IMG/VR virus record: IMGVR_UViG_3300011102_000151
Span: 1 to 47,957 of that record
Origin: a virus
Lineage: Duplodnaviria; Caudoviricetes
DNA length: 47,957 bases
Direction: 5' to 3' (one strand)
Below are positions 36,569-46,544 of the stretch, piece by piece. The translations under genes were made by a program, and so were the position numbers. Under the pieces are notes generated by a model, which worked only from the letters and a program-made list of their open reading frames with translations, did not search any database and was not told where the DNA came from. The number at the start of each line of letters is the position of its first letter. The first letter of the stretch is position 1.

Positions 36569-36838
36569 CTAGGCACCGCTGCCAGTCCGGCGGGAATTCC
36601 CCAAAAAATCGCCGATGACCTCCGCCAGACGCAGGGAATCTTCGCCATCCAGTTCGTCGATCACGGCGGGCGGTTCGCCTGCGAGCTTCGATGCGATGTC
36701 CAGTATGTCGCCGATACTGGTTTCGCCGCCCTTGAGCTTGCGCAAATCTTTGCCCTTCGGCCGGCGCAGCTGCAGTTCGGTAATGGTCCGCTCACCGAAC
36801 TGGACCGGCATGTTCAGCTTAAACGTGGTGGTGCTCAT
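36569..36838 (-). CDS. Tail assembly chaperone (gpE/gp41-like) with -1 frameshift extension to 36453
   Basis: LRRPKGKD; TTTTTTG at 36608-36602; shifted frame encodes AFGWPPSEL. Confidence 0.85.
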   Translation of the reverse strand: MSTTTFKLNMPVQFGERTITELQLRRPKGKDLRKLKGGETSIGDILDIASKLAGEPPAVIDELDGEDSLRLAEVIGDFLGNSRRTGSGA

Positions 36839-37206
36839 ACCGGAATTTCCTCGCCGGACTCCGCTTCGAAGCGGAACTGGATGTTGCCTTCCTCGGTGTT
36901 GCCGGTGCCTTCGCCGGCATACCAAGCGTGGTTGAACACGATCACCTTGCCGCTGCCGAGCTGCAGCGTTACCACCACGTCGGTGGACCCCAGCAGCGTC
37001 GCCAGGTCCAGCCCGTCGTTGTCGGTGATCTCGCCTTCGACGAATGCCAGCTGCGGCGTTTCCCGGTAGCCGTGAACGCCTTCGGCGCCGATCACGCCGT
37101 CGCGCTTCGGCCACCCCAGGTTATAGGTAAAGTTGCCCTTGGCGTTGTACTGCTCGCCGTCGATTTTCAGCGCGATCAGCCCGCCAACTCGCTTCTGTCC
37201 TGCCAT
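36835..37206 (-). CDS. Tail tube protein (Mu gpM-like)
   Basis: 123 aa after sheath; GVHGY.E.P. Confidence 0.9.
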   Translation of the reverse strand: MAGQKRVGGLIALKIDGEQYNAKGNFTYNLGWPKRDGVIGAEGVHGYRETPQLAFVEGEITDNDGLDLATLLGSTDVVVTLQLGSGKVIVFNHAWYAGEGTGNTEEGNIQFRFEAESGEEIPV

Positions 37207-37234
37207 CTATGCGCCCTCGCTTTGACGGGTTGAG

Positions 37235-38701
37235 TTACAACAGGAACGCGATCTGCGTCGCGCAGACGCGGAACTGGTTGACCAGATCCGGCGGCATCAG
37301 CACGTCCAGGCGGTTCGGGTCGCTGATGTTGCGTTCGACGATGATGTCGCGCTTGAACTGCTCGAAGCCTTCGACCAGCCCTAGCAGCTCCCAATCCTGA
37401 AACTTGGCGATCGCTTCGGCCTTCATCACCAGCGGCGTAACAATCGCCTGGCCGGGCGCGTAGCGCGTGCCGTCGTTCGCCAGCTTGTGCCGCGGGTACT
37501 TGAGCAGCACATAGTTCCGCCAGTCCCAGCGGATATACTGCAGTGTCAGCATCGTTTCGATGTCCAGATAGGACGGATCGGAACCGCCGGCGGCGTTCGT
37601 CTGGTAGGTCGTGATCATGCGTTCCACGGTCGCATTGCCCGCCTGATCGACACGAAATGTTGCAATGCCCGAATGCAGCAGCACGTTGCGTTCGGTCTGC
37701 GTGAAACGATCGCCGCGCGCGGGCGCCTTCATCCAGCGATAGGGCAGCGTCTGCAGCGGGCGAGCCGGGTCGATGGCGCCATAGTAGGCGGCAATGGCCG
37801 CGTTCTCGGCGGCCACTTCGTAGGCCGGCGTCGGCGACTTCTGCGTGGCCATCATCGTCAGGTGCTTGTCGTTAAGCCCGTCGCCAAGAGTGGTCATGTC
37901 GGAAACGCTGCCGGATGCAGCAGCCATCACATGGCCGTCGATCTGCCGAATGGGGCCCCACCGGCTATCCATTTCGACTTTCAGCGCGGCCAGGTTCGCT
38001 TGATCGCGGAACGCGCAGCCAATGATCTGGAACCATTCATCGCCCATCGCCGCGATGGCCGACGCCAGCAACGGGTTGTTGGAACCGCCATCCAGCGCCG
38101 TGATCGTCACGGTGACGCCATCGGGAAGTGTCTCGCCGTCGTAGTAGTTCGCACGTACATCGATATCGTTTCCGGTTGCGCCGGCGTTGCGAGCGACCAG
38201 CGAAACGGTGCCGGTGCTGGCGCTGGCGCTGACGGGCAGATCCGCATCCGCGTTGATGGTTGCCGCGATGGCGGCGCCAATTGCCGTGGCGGCATCACCG
38301 CTGGCCACCGGCACCCGCACGATGCGGCCGGCAATCATCAGGTTGATGCTTCCGGCCACAGTCGACGTGCCACTGACTACGATGCTGCCTGTAGCAGCAA
38401 CGCCGGAAATATCATCCGAAACGGGCATGCCCCACACTTCGGTAAAGCTGTTCTGCGTGATGAACGCTTCGAACATGCCGGCCAGGACGGAACCCGCCCC
38501 GAACGCCGCTTTCGCTTGCGCCACGCTGGTGATGCGGATCAGCGAGTTAGGATCGGCGGTGCCCGATCCCAGCTTCTGTCCGATAAGCAGCGCGCGATAG
38601 GGCAGCACCTGCGGTCCCTGCACGGCGTTTCGGTTGTCGAATTCCACGAAAACAAAAGGCACCCGGTTCGCGGACGGGATATCGTTGAAGCTGATCGGCA
38701 T
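37235..38701 (-). CDS. Tail sheath protein (Mu gpL-like)
   Basis: ISF..IP...RVP...VEFD, DPARPLQ, R.ITTY, D.SYLD. Confidence 0.95.
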   Translation of the reverse strand: MPISFNDIPSANRVPFVFVEFDNRNAVQGPQVLPYRALLIGQKLGSGTADPNSLIRITSVAQAKAAFGAGSVLAGMFEAFITQNSFTEVWGMPVSDDISGVAATGSIVVSGTSTVAGSINLMIAGRIVRVPVASGDAATAIGAAIAATINADADLPVSASASTGTVSLVARNAGATGNDIDVRANYYDGETLPDGVTVTITALDGGSNNPLLASAIAAMGDEWFQIIGCAFRDQANLAALKVEMDSRWGPIRQIDGHVMAAASGSVSDMTTLGDGLNDKHLTMMATQKSPTPAYEVAAENAAIAAYYGAIDPARPLQTLPYRWMKAPARGDRFTQTERNVLLHSGIATFRVDQAGNATVERMITTYQTNAAGGSDPSYLDIETMLTLQYIRWDWRNYVLLKYPRHKLANDGTRYAPGQAIVTPLVMKAEAIAKFQDWELLGLVEGFEQFKRDIIVERNISDPNRLDVLMPPDLVNQFRVCATQIAFLL

Positions 38702-38705
38702 TTAC

Positions 38706-38918
38706 TTAACCCTCGCTGGTGCCCTTTTTCGGTTTCGCTGGCGCGGCCGCGGAGGCGGCCGGCGGCGCGTCCATTGGCGCTTCGGAAACGTCGCCATCGT
38801 TGCGGCGGCGTATCCAGTAGCTGTTCAGTTCGCGGTTTTCGCCTTCGGCTTTAAGCGGCTGCTTGGTGATCGGGTCCAGAACCACCTTGCCAGGGGCGGG
38901 AATCAACTTAGCCTGCAT
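38706..38918 (-). CDS. DUF2635-like small tail protein
   Basis: P.PG..V.DP, YW.RR..DGDV. Confidence 0.85.
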   Translation of the reverse strand: MQAKLIPAPGKVVLDPITKQPLKAEGENRELNSYWIRRRNDGDVSEAPMDAPPAASAAAPAKPKKGTSEG

Positions 38919-39474
38919 TGCTCAACCCCTTGACCAGATCCGAAGCCTGATCGGCCGCGGCCTGCGCGTTGTTCAGGTTGTAGTCGGTGGCCACCGTGTC
39001 CAGATCGTCGATCGGCTCGGGGTCCAGATCGTCGGGTTCGTTCGTGTAGTAGGTGGCCGTGTAGACGATCAGCAGCGCGCCTATCTTGCGCCGGCCATCG
39101 GCGCGCACTTCGATCTGTTCGCCGGCAAGCAGTATATCAGAAACGACTTGTTCGTTGCCGATGGTCAGCCTGTTGCTGCGAGCGATCAGCCGTTCCACGC
39201 GGTCGCCGAAATCATCCAGCAGATCGTCGACAGCCTCGTCGCCGCTGGCATCCAGGGCGCACACGACGTGCAGTTCCAGTTCGCGCCGGTACTCGCGCGG
39301 CGATTCTTGAAATAGTTCGATGGTTTCGCGTTCGCCGTAGACGCAGATTGCGGGCAGTTCCTGTCGCTCCCACAGCGGCATCACCCGGCTGGCGAACACG
39401 TTTTCGCCGGCGATCGTCTTGCCGCGCAGGTGTTCGGCCGCTGCGCGCCTGATCAGCTTCCGCTGCGCGCTCAT
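38908..39474 (-). CDS. Tail terminator/completion protein
   Basis: VF.SR..P....ELPAI.VY; position. Confidence 0.7.
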   Translation of the reverse strand: MSAQRKLIRRAAAEHLRGKTIAGENVFASRVMPLWERQELPAICVYGERETIELFQESPREYRRELELHVVCALDASGDEAVDDLLDDFGDRVERLIARSNRLTIGNEQVVSDILLAGEQIEVRADGRRKIGALLIVYTATYYTNEPDDLDPEPIDDLDTVATDYNLNNAQAAADQASDLVKGLSNAG

Positions 39475-39788
39475 GCTTCCTGCAGCTCCAGCAGCGACCC
39501 GGCGACGCCATCCGGCTGCGCTTCGATCACGCGATACCGGACGCCACGCACCAGCACCGTGTCGCCCTTCCTCGGCGCTGCAGGCAGATCAGAATTGCGG
39601 ATTCCCATGATCGGATTCGTCGAGCTGATCGGTGCGCCGGTGCCGGGATCGACGCGCAGGTGCGCGTCATCGAAAACGGCCATCAGCGACAACGGCGAAC
39701 CGCCGGCGGGGGTGTAGACCACCCCCACTTCGTTGAACGTGCGCACGGCAACGCCCAACATGCGGTTCGCCATGTCGGCCCAGGCCAT
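39471..39788 (-). CDS. Head-tail joining protein
   Basis: 105 aa; P..GD.V...G..Y.V....PDG. Confidence 0.75.
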   Translation of the reverse strand: MAWADMANRMLGVAVRTFNEVGVVYTPAGGSPLSLMAVFDDAHLRVDPGTGAPISSTNPIMGIRNSDLPAAPRKGDTVLVRGVRYRVIEAQPDGVAGSLLELQEA

Positions 39789-40135
39789 TACGATGCGACG
39801 CGAACCACGCCATCCAGGCGCACGCGGCCGGTGGCGCTGGGGTTGGCGGCCTCGGCCGCGGCGACACCGATCAGGGTGTTGCTGGTCGCAGTGGTGGTGA
39901 CGTTCTTGGCGGTGTTGTCCCAGTAGACCGCAGCGCCCTGCGTCCACGCCTGCGCGGACACCTTGGGCAGTTCGTGAACGCCAACGGCCATGCCTTCGAA
40001 CTCGGCGCCCTGCGCGGCGGTGTTCTGCGGAACCACCAGCAGGCCGCCGATCAGCACCGGCGTGCCGGCGGTGACGCCGCCGGTCGGGGCGACCAGCGTC
40101 AGAACATCGCCCGGCTGAATGTAAGTGCGTGCCAT
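39788..40135 (-). CDS. DUF2190-like capsid decoration protein
   Basis: YIQPG..L, GV.ELPK, G..VYWD. Confidence 0.85.
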   Translation of the reverse strand: MARTYIQPGDVLTLVAPTGGVTAGTPVLIGGLLVVPQNTAAQGAEFEGMAVGVHELPKVSAQAWTQGAAVYWDNTAKNVTTTATSNTLIGVAAAEAANPSATGRVRLDGVVRVAS

Positions 40136-40162
40136 TTTCCGATCCTCTTGTGCAGAAGTTCA

Positions 40163-40182
40163 GCGGGCGCCGAAGCGCCCGC
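40163..40182 (-). terminator. Hairpin after capsid gene (weak terminator/stabiliser)
   Basis: 8-bp stem with TTCG loop; poor T tract. Confidence 0.5.
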
Positions 40183-40187
40183 GGTGA

Positions 40188-42218
40188 TTACGCGCCGGCG
40201 TTGGTGGTGGCGCCTTCGCAGGCAATCGCGCCGACGCCGTAGTCCAGCCGCACCTTCCATTCGGTGCCGTCGACGCGCCAGCCTTCCTGCGACTCAAGGA
40301 ACGGCGACTGCTGGCCGTCCAAGAACGCCACTTCCAGCACCGGCGCGACGGCAGGATCGGCGAACAGGTAGCGGCGGGTGCCGGACAGGCGCGGCGTGTC
40401 CACGATGTCGCGGAACAGGCCGCGCACCTTGTTCGGCTTCATGAACTTGTTCGCCGAGTTCGCGCCGTTCACGCCGTCCAGATCGTACTGCGAATCGTTG
40501 ATGACGCGCGCTTCGCCGCCGAGACTCATCGGCACCAGCAGGATCGCCGGGCGCAGGTCCAGATACTCGTTGCCGCTCAGATCCTTGATGCTCGCCATCG
40601 TCTGCCGGTCGCCGTCCAGGCCGGCCACCGACAGCGCGGACCCGGTGCCGATGTTGTTGCGGCCGGCCCGGTTGTGGAACAGCGGGTTTCCGTCCTGCAG
40701 GTTCGGGCCAAGTCCGCCATTCAGCGCCAGCGCGGCATACACGTCGGTTTCGATCGACAGGCCGGCGGACCGGCCGAACGCGGTGGCCAGGCCGTTGAAC
40801 GCGCCCATGTCGTCGTTGATCACCGCTTCGCGGGTGATGCCGATGATGTTGCCCTTGGTGCGCGCGCTGATAACCTCTTTCGCGCCATCGGGAATCTGCT
40901 TGTTCTTGAACTCGCCGTGCTCGTTCAGCGAGTCCAGCGGGCCGAAGCTTCCCAGTCGGTAACGGTTGTGGACGCGGAAGTCAGACACGCTGCCGACGCG
41001 GCAGAACCGGCGCCAGGTGTCGGGCGCAGTGGCGTAGGCGGCCAGCAGCACCTTGTGCATGGTGTTTTCCAGCAGCACCGCGAAATCGGACGTGCCGTTG
41101 TAGGCGCCGCGGTAGGTGAACGCCCGCGCCACGATGTCCATCGGCATCATGCCGGCGGTTTTCACGCCGCGGCGTTCCAGCGACATGCGGGCGATGTCCA
41201 GCATGCGCAGGCCGCGAAACTCGCCGCCGTCCAGCTTGCCGTCCTTGTCGACCAGATGGCGAACGCCGGCCTTCTCGAAAATCCAGTTCCGCGCGCCTTC
41301 GATGAACTTTTCGTCAGCGGTCTGTCCCGGTTCGATGCGGTGCTGGCTGCGGGTGTCGGGCTGTTCCTCAGCCTGGCGCTCGGCCAGCTTGTCGATGATC
41401 TGCGCGCGCGCGGCGTCGATGGCCACGCCGTCGTCGATCAGCTGCTGCGCCAGCTCGTCGTCCAGGCCGGCGGCGCGCACGGCGGTACGGATATCGGCCG
41501 CGCGCTGGCGTTCGGCCTTGGCCGCTTCGTCGCGGGCAGCCTTGATGGCGGCCGCGGCGGCGTCGTTGTCGGGGGTGGCGCGCTGTTGCTCCACCGCTGC
41601 AGGGGCTTCGGTCGGCATTTCTTTGTCCTCGGTTTCGGTGGCGGGGGCGCCGCGGGTGGTGATCTTGACTGCGTGCATGTTCTGGTCGGCGCTGCGCACC
41701 TGCGCGCCAGCGTCGAACCCGATGGGCACCAGCGAGACTTCCGCCGGCTCCCAGTCGATCGCGCGATAGGTGTCGGGCTGGCCCTTTTCTTCGGCGCGGA
41801 TGCGTTCGTATTCGTGGACCGTGTAGCCGACCGAAATATTGCGCAATATTCCGTCCTTCACGTCCTGCACGATCGGCGCCACTTCGTCGCGGTTGCTGAA
41901 TCGCACCACGGCGCGGCCCTCGCCCTTCTCAAGCCACGCGCGCTCAACGACACCGATCACCGCGCGGACGCCGCCATAGCTGCGGTGCGCGTCCAGCAGC
42001 GGCGACGCGCCGCTGTTCAGACGGTCCATGCGGACGTGCGCAGGATCTAGGGACAGTTCTTCGTAGTAGTCATCGGACCAGAACGAGCGGCGCAAGCCCT
42101 TCGCGCCGGTGGTCCAGGTGATTTCTATCGTGCGTTTTTCTTCGTTCCATGTGCCCGGCAGCGGCGATGCGCGCAGCTGCAGCATGGGAAGTTCGCGGGT
42201 TTCGACGGTCGCGGGCAT
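40188..42218 (-). CDS. Fused prohead protease - major capsid protein
   Basis: LLDAH, SVGY, EVSLV protease motifs; TSDF, ITREAVINDD, RLDYG capsid motifs. Confidence 0.92.
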   Translation of the reverse strand: MPATVETRELPMLQLRASPLPGTWNEEKRTIEITWTTGAKGLRRSFWSDDYYEELSLDPAHVRMDRLNSGASPLLDAHRSYGGVRAVIGVVERAWLEKGEGRAVVRFSNRDEVAPIVQDVKDGILRNISVGYTVHEYERIRAEEKGQPDTYRAIDWEPAEVSLVPIGFDAGAQVRSADQNMHAVKITTRGAPATETEDKEMPTEAPAAVEQQRATPDNDAAAAAIKAARDEAAKAERQRAADIRTAVRAAGLDDELAQQLIDDGVAIDAARAQIIDKLAERQAEEQPDTRSQHRIEPGQTADEKFIEGARNWIFEKAGVRHLVDKDGKLDGGEFRGLRMLDIARMSLERRGVKTAGMMPMDIVARAFTYRGAYNGTSDFAVLLENTMHKVLLAAYATAPDTWRRFCRVGSVSDFRVHNRYRLGSFGPLDSLNEHGEFKNKQIPDGAKEVISARTKGNIIGITREAVINDDMGAFNGLATAFGRSAGLSIETDVYAALALNGGLGPNLQDGNPLFHNRAGRNNIGTGSALSVAGLDGDRQTMASIKDLSGNEYLDLRPAILLVPMSLGGEARVINDSQYDLDGVNGANSANKFMKPNKVRGLFRDIVDTPRLSGTRRYLFADPAVAPVLEVAFLDGQQSPFLESQEGWRVDGTEWKVRLDYGVGAIACEGATTNAGA

Positions 42219-42274
42219 TCCAAAAGCCTCTTACGGTCTGCCCGCATAATAGCTGAAAATAAAACAGCCGCCAA

Positions 42275-43810
42275 TTACTTGGCCTGTTCTTCCTCCGATT
42301 CCCCTTCGTCTACGGGATTATCATCGTCCGTCTTGGCAGGTTCTTCGGGTTCATTGTCGTTCGCAGCGGCCGGCTTCGTCGCGCCCGCCGACCCCGCCGG
42401 CAGCGCGAACCGCGGGTCGCAGTCCAGTTTCAGCCCGTTCGCGTCCAGCAGTTCGTTCGCTTCCGCGATCGCCTCTGCCTGTTCAACGGGGTCATAGCCC
42501 AGCGCGGTGATCTGCTGCGGCCAGGTGGCGAAGCCGTTGCGGACTTCCTCTTTCATCGCCGCGATTTCTTCCTTCGGGTTCACCATCATGCGCCGCGGCG
42601 GCACCCACTCGGCCGGGCAATCTTCGGCCAGGACACCGGCGACTTTCGCGGCGTCGTTGAACCACCGCCACACGCCGGCGCAGAAACCGGGGATGAACAT
42701 CTGCCATTGCCAGCGGTCGATCCGGCGCTGGTAGTTCTGCCAGCCCATGCGGCCGCTGCTGAAATTCACGCCGGCCAGGTCGCTGAACACCTCATAGGGA
42801 ACGCCATAGCCCGCTGCTATTGCGTGCAGGTTGATCCAGGCGAAATCACGATAGCCGTTCACGCCGGGCGGACTGGCGAACGAAACGTCGGTGCCTGGCG
42901 GCGCGAAGTCGATAAGACCCGGTTCCAGCCGTTCGGCGATTTCCACTTTCTTGGCGGCGGCTTCCGCGTCCGGCGCGGTGAAGAACACCGAGAAGCAGGA
43001 CGCCACCTTTTCGCGTTCGATGTAGGCGTCCTCGACTTCATCGAAGTTGCGCAGGCGCAGCATCACTGGCGCCGCCCACGGCACGCCGCGCACCTGGCCG
43101 GGACGGTCCATGCGGTAGACGTGCAGCACGTCCGCGGCCGGCACGAATTCGGAATTCATGTGGCGCAGGCCCGTGCGCGCGCCGGGGTGTTCCCGGTACA
43201 GCCAGTATCCTTCGACGGCACCGGACTGCAGCAGCTGAACGCCGCCGATGACCACCTTGCCGTCGAACACGCCGTCTTTCGTGTCGTCTAGGAAGTCGGA
43301 TTCCAGCACCTGCAGCTGAAACGGCAGCGGCAGTTTGGCCGCCGAATTCCGCCAGCGGCGCCGCACCAGCACTTCGCCGGATTCGACAATGGCACCCAGC
43401 GCAAGCGCTTCCAGGCCATAGATATCGTGAACGCCGTCGTAGTCGATGGCGCGGGTTTCGCAGTGTTCCTTCCAGGCTTCGGCCGCGCGGCGGGTGATCG
43501 TCTTGTTCCGGCCCTTCGGCTTGGGCTTTATGCCGTAGCCCACCGTGTTGTCGATGATCGATTCGATGGCTGCGCTGGCGTAGGGGTTGTTCCGGCGCAG
43601 ATCGCGCGCACGATTGCGCAATAGTCGAAGCGCCGGGATGATCTCGCCGTTCGCGTCGCGGCTGCCGGTTTTCCAGTTGTCGGTACGGCGGCCGCGGGCG
43701 GCGCCTTCGAAGCCGCGTTCGTTGATCAGCTGCAGGCGCAGTCGGCTGGCGGCGCGCCGCGCGGCGACGCCTGGCGCCAGCGCAGCGATGGCCTGCTCAA
43801 GTAGGTTCAC
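42275..43810 (-). CDS. Portal protein, lambda family
   Basis: RARDL.RNN, RPGQVRGVP, VNFSSGR. Confidence 0.95.
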   Translation of the reverse strand: MNLLEQAIAALAPGVAARRAASRLRLQLINERGFEGAARGRRTDNWKTGSRDANGEIIPALRLLRNRARDLRRNNPYASAAIESIIDNTVGYGIKPKPKGRNKTITRRAAEAWKEHCETRAIDYDGVHDIYGLEALALGAIVESGEVLVRRRWRNSAAKLPLPFQLQVLESDFLDDTKDGVFDGKVVIGGVQLLQSGAVEGYWLYREHPGARTGLRHMNSEFVPAADVLHVYRMDRPGQVRGVPWAAPVMLRLRNFDEVEDAYIEREKVASCFSVFFTAPDAEAAAKKVEIAERLEPGLIDFAPPGTDVSFASPPGVNGYRDFAWINLHAIAAGYGVPYEVFSDLAGVNFSSGRMGWQNYQRRIDRWQWQMFIPGFCAGVWRWFNDAAKVAGVLAEDCPAEWVPPRRMMVNPKEEIAAMKEEVRNGFATWPQQITALGYDPVEQAEAIAEANELLDANGLKLDCDPRFALPAGSAGATKPAAANDNEPEEPAKTDDDNPVDEGESEEEQAK

Positions 43811-44028
43811 GGTACGCGCAGCCCCTTCGAGAAGTTCGGATAGACGATGCCGCCGCGGCCGGCGCCGGTGTCGCCGTCCAGGCCCAGGTCGCCGCGCATG
43901 ATGCCGAGAATGCGAAGCATTTCGTCCAGGCTGCGGTAAGTCACCTGCTTGTCGGCATACTTCACGGTCAGCGCGCCTTCGGCGATCGCCGCTTCAAGCG
44001 CGGCCACCTGTTCCAGCGTGTAGGCCAT
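43807..44028 (-). CDS. gpW-like head completion protein
   Basis: LE.AIA.G...V......VTYRS. Confidence 0.85.
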   Translation of the reverse strand: MAYTLEQVAALEAAIAEGALTVKYADKQVTYRSLDEMLRILGIMRGDLGLDGDTGAGRGGIVYPNFSKGLRVP

Positions 44029-44032
44029 CGGA

Positions 44033-45988
44033 TCACCTGTTCCAGTAGGTCGATTTTCGGCGCGTGATTTCGACGCCGTTCACTGTCTGCGCCGGTGCCG
44101 GTTCCGGTGCCGGCGCCGCCGCGGGTTCGGACGCCTGATCAGCTGCCGCAGCTGGCGCGATACCCATGTCGGCTTCGATCCGCGTCCATGCCGCATCGTC
44201 CAGCCTGTCGATGCCGCACAGAACCGCCAGCGAGCGGGCATAGTTTCGACAGTCCAGCGGTTCGTTCCGCTCCCTGATCTTCTGCCACTGCGGCCGGCGA
44301 TACCCGCGAACAATGCGCACCACCAATTCTTCGGCGGTCAATCCCTTAAAGAATTCTTCGCCATATTGCGGAAAATGGCAATAACCGTAAGGAAAATCTT
44401 GTCCGCTTTCTTCTGTTGGTCTTTCCTGTTTCAACCACCCGTAAAGTTCCGTTTTTAAAATATTTGTCCCGACCGGCCACTGCTTTGCACCGCGCTTCTT
44501 CCGTTTCCCGCCCGTGGTGATGTCCACCGCCTTCGGCGCGCCGATCGCTGTGGGCAGATCGTCCTGGCCGCGGATGGCGATAACCCGGTTGGATGGCCAC
44601 CGCCGAACCCACGTCAGCACGGTGCTGGTGTTGTACTGGGAGTCCACCGCCAGCATGCGCAGCTGCATCGGTACGCCACAGGCATGCACCCAGCTTTCCG
44701 ACAGCAGCGCTTCCAGCTGGCGCCACGGGCTGTTCGTTCCGTCCAGATCGGTGATGTCGCCGGGGAAAATCCGATAGTCGATCGACCACGATTGCAGGCG
44801 CCGGCCGTATCCGACGATCTCCACTTCGATGCGGTCTTTCTGCACGTCGGCGCCGGCGAATAGGAAGCGCACCCCCGCCGGTATCGAATTCGTCGGATAG
44901 TCCTCGCGCCGGTCGTACAGCCGCTGCCAGTCGGGCGCGTCGCCTTTCCCTTTCCACGTTTCGCCCAGCACCGTGTTGACGAAGGTTTTCAGTTCTTCGA
45001 TGTTGTTCTGGCAGGCTTCCCATTCGGCGGCCAGGTGCGCCCAGGTGGCGTTCGGCGCGTAGCTGTACCCGGCCCACAGGTGGAACCCCGCGTGCCCTTT
45101 GAACGGCTGCGTCGCCACCCAGCCAACACCCGGCTCGCCGGCGCGCTGGCGGCGGTCCGCTTCTTCGATCATCCAGCTTTTCTGATGATGGCCGATCCAC
45201 TCGCCGCAGTGTTCGCACAGGTAGCGCGCGGTTTCCGGCTTGCCCTTTTCCCAATTCAGCTGTGCCCAGCGCAGCACCTGCGGCACCTGGCAGAATGGAC
45301 ACGGCACCCGGTAATAGCGCTGATCGGACATTTCGAACCGGCGCGCGATCCGGCTGGTGATTTCCAGCGTGGGGGTGCTGCCGGCGATGATCTTGCGGTT
45401 CCAGAAGTTCACCGTCCGCCTTATGCCAAGACTGATCTGGTCGCCTTCGGCACCGGCCGACTGCGGGTATCCGTCCACTTCGTCGAAGATCACCACGCGC
45501 CGCGTGACGCGCCGGAAGCCGCGCGGGCTGTTCGCGCCGACCAGCTGCAGAACGCCACCGGGGAACGACTTCAACAGCATCGTGTTGCCCGAATCGCGCG
45601 CCTTCGGATCGGCTACCAGTCCCTGCAGCGCCGGTGTGTCGCGCAGCATCGGCGCGATTTCATCTTTCGAATACCCTTCGGCATCGTCGAGCGTCGGCTG
45701 CACCACCATGATCGGGCATGGGTCTTGGTGCATGTAGTAGCCGACAACGTGGTTGATGATTTTCGTGTAGCCCGTCCGTGCTGATTTCATCCACGTCACC
45801 GATTCGACGCGCGGGTCGGTGATCGCATCCATGATGCCGCGCTGGTACGGCAGCGTGTGCCAGCGGCCGGACTCCGCGCTGGATTCCGACGACAGCACAG
45901 CGTGCCGATCAGCCCATTCCGACAGCGACAGTTTCGGCGGCGGCCGCCACAACTGCCGCACTTCCAGTTCCAGTGCGTCAGCTTCCAT
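44033..45988 (-). CDS. Terminase large subunit, lambda GpA family
   Basis: KSARTGYT, FDEVD, STPT, SDQR.Y.VPCP.C, DVQ, RNEPLDC. Confidence 0.96.
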   Translation of the reverse strand: MEADALELEVRQLWRPPPKLSLSEWADRHAVLSSESSAESGRWHTLPYQRGIMDAITDPRVESVTWMKSARTGYTKIINHVVGYYMHQDPCPIMVVQPTLDDAEGYSKDEIAPMLRDTPALQGLVADPKARDSGNTMLLKSFPGGVLQLVGANSPRGFRRVTRRVVIFDEVDGYPQSAGAEGDQISLGIRRTVNFWNRKIIAGSTPTLEITSRIARRFEMSDQRYYRVPCPFCQVPQVLRWAQLNWEKGKPETARYLCEHCGEWIGHHQKSWMIEEADRRQRAGEPGVGWVATQPFKGHAGFHLWAGYSYAPNATWAHLAAEWEACQNNIEELKTFVNTVLGETWKGKGDAPDWQRLYDRREDYPTNSIPAGVRFLFAGADVQKDRIEVEIVGYGRRLQSWSIDYRIFPGDITDLDGTNSPWRQLEALLSESWVHACGVPMQLRMLAVDSQYNTSTVLTWVRRWPSNRVIAIRGQDDLPTAIGAPKAVDITTGGKRKKRGAKQWPVGTNILKTELYGWLKQERPTEESGQDFPYGYCHFPQYGEEFFKGLTAEELVVRIVRGYRRPQWQKIRERNEPLDCRNYARSLAVLCGIDRLDDAAWTRIEADMGIAPAAAADQASEPAAAPAPEPAPAQTVNGVEITRRKSTYWNR

Positions 45989-46538
45989 CGGCGATATCTT
46001 CCAGCGCTTCGCGCACCAGTTCGTCGATGATGGCAATTTCGTCGACCGTCAGGTGCGGAATGCGACCCTTCGCCTTCGCGCCGACGCCCAGCAGTTTGTT
46101 CCTGGCGGCCACCACCTGGCTGGCAAACTTCACCTTGAACTCGGCGGCGTTCACCAGCTTGCCGGACTTTTCTTCGTACTCGAGCTTTGCCAGTCGGGCT
46201 TTGTAGACTTCCGATATCGCGCGGGATTCGGCGATCGATGGCGCACGCGCGCCGACTGCCGGCGGCGGATCGGATGGCGGCGCTTCGCCGCGGGCGGCTG
46301 CAGATCGGTTGCGGCCGATCTTTTGGTTATCGCGCTGGAAGGCCGGGTCGGTGTTCGCGTGGAAGGCCGCGCGGGCGCGCGCCGTGTCGGTGATCACTGG
46401 CCGCTTGCGGCCACTGGTCAGCGTCTTGGTGCCAACCACGTCGGCCGGTATGCGGCCGCCGCTGATCGCCTTGCGCACGGCCTCGCCGCTGACGCCGATC
46501 AGCCGGCCGAACTCGCGCAGGCTTACCGCTTCGGGCAT
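45978..46538 (-). CDS. Terminase small subunit (Nu1-like HTH)
   Basis: SLREFGRLIGVS.EAV.KAI HTH; KLEYEE..GKLV. Confidence 0.88.
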   Translation of the reverse strand: MPEAVSLREFGRLIGVSGEAVRKAISGGRIPADVVGTKTLTSGRKRPVITDTARARAAFHANTDPAFQRDNQKIGRNRSAAARGEAPPSDPPPAVGARAPSIAESRAISEVYKARLAKLEYEEKSGKLVNAAEFKVKFASQVVAARNKLLGVGAKAKGRIPHLTVDEIAIIDELVREALEDIADGS

Positions 46539-46544
46539 CGTGCA

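Noticed and set aside
37487-42050. Long + strand ORFs (e.g. 37487-38854, 40674-42050, also 45819-47060, 7000-8118, 12728-14035)
   Set aside because: Antisense shadows of real genes in GC-rich DNA; no recognisable motifs
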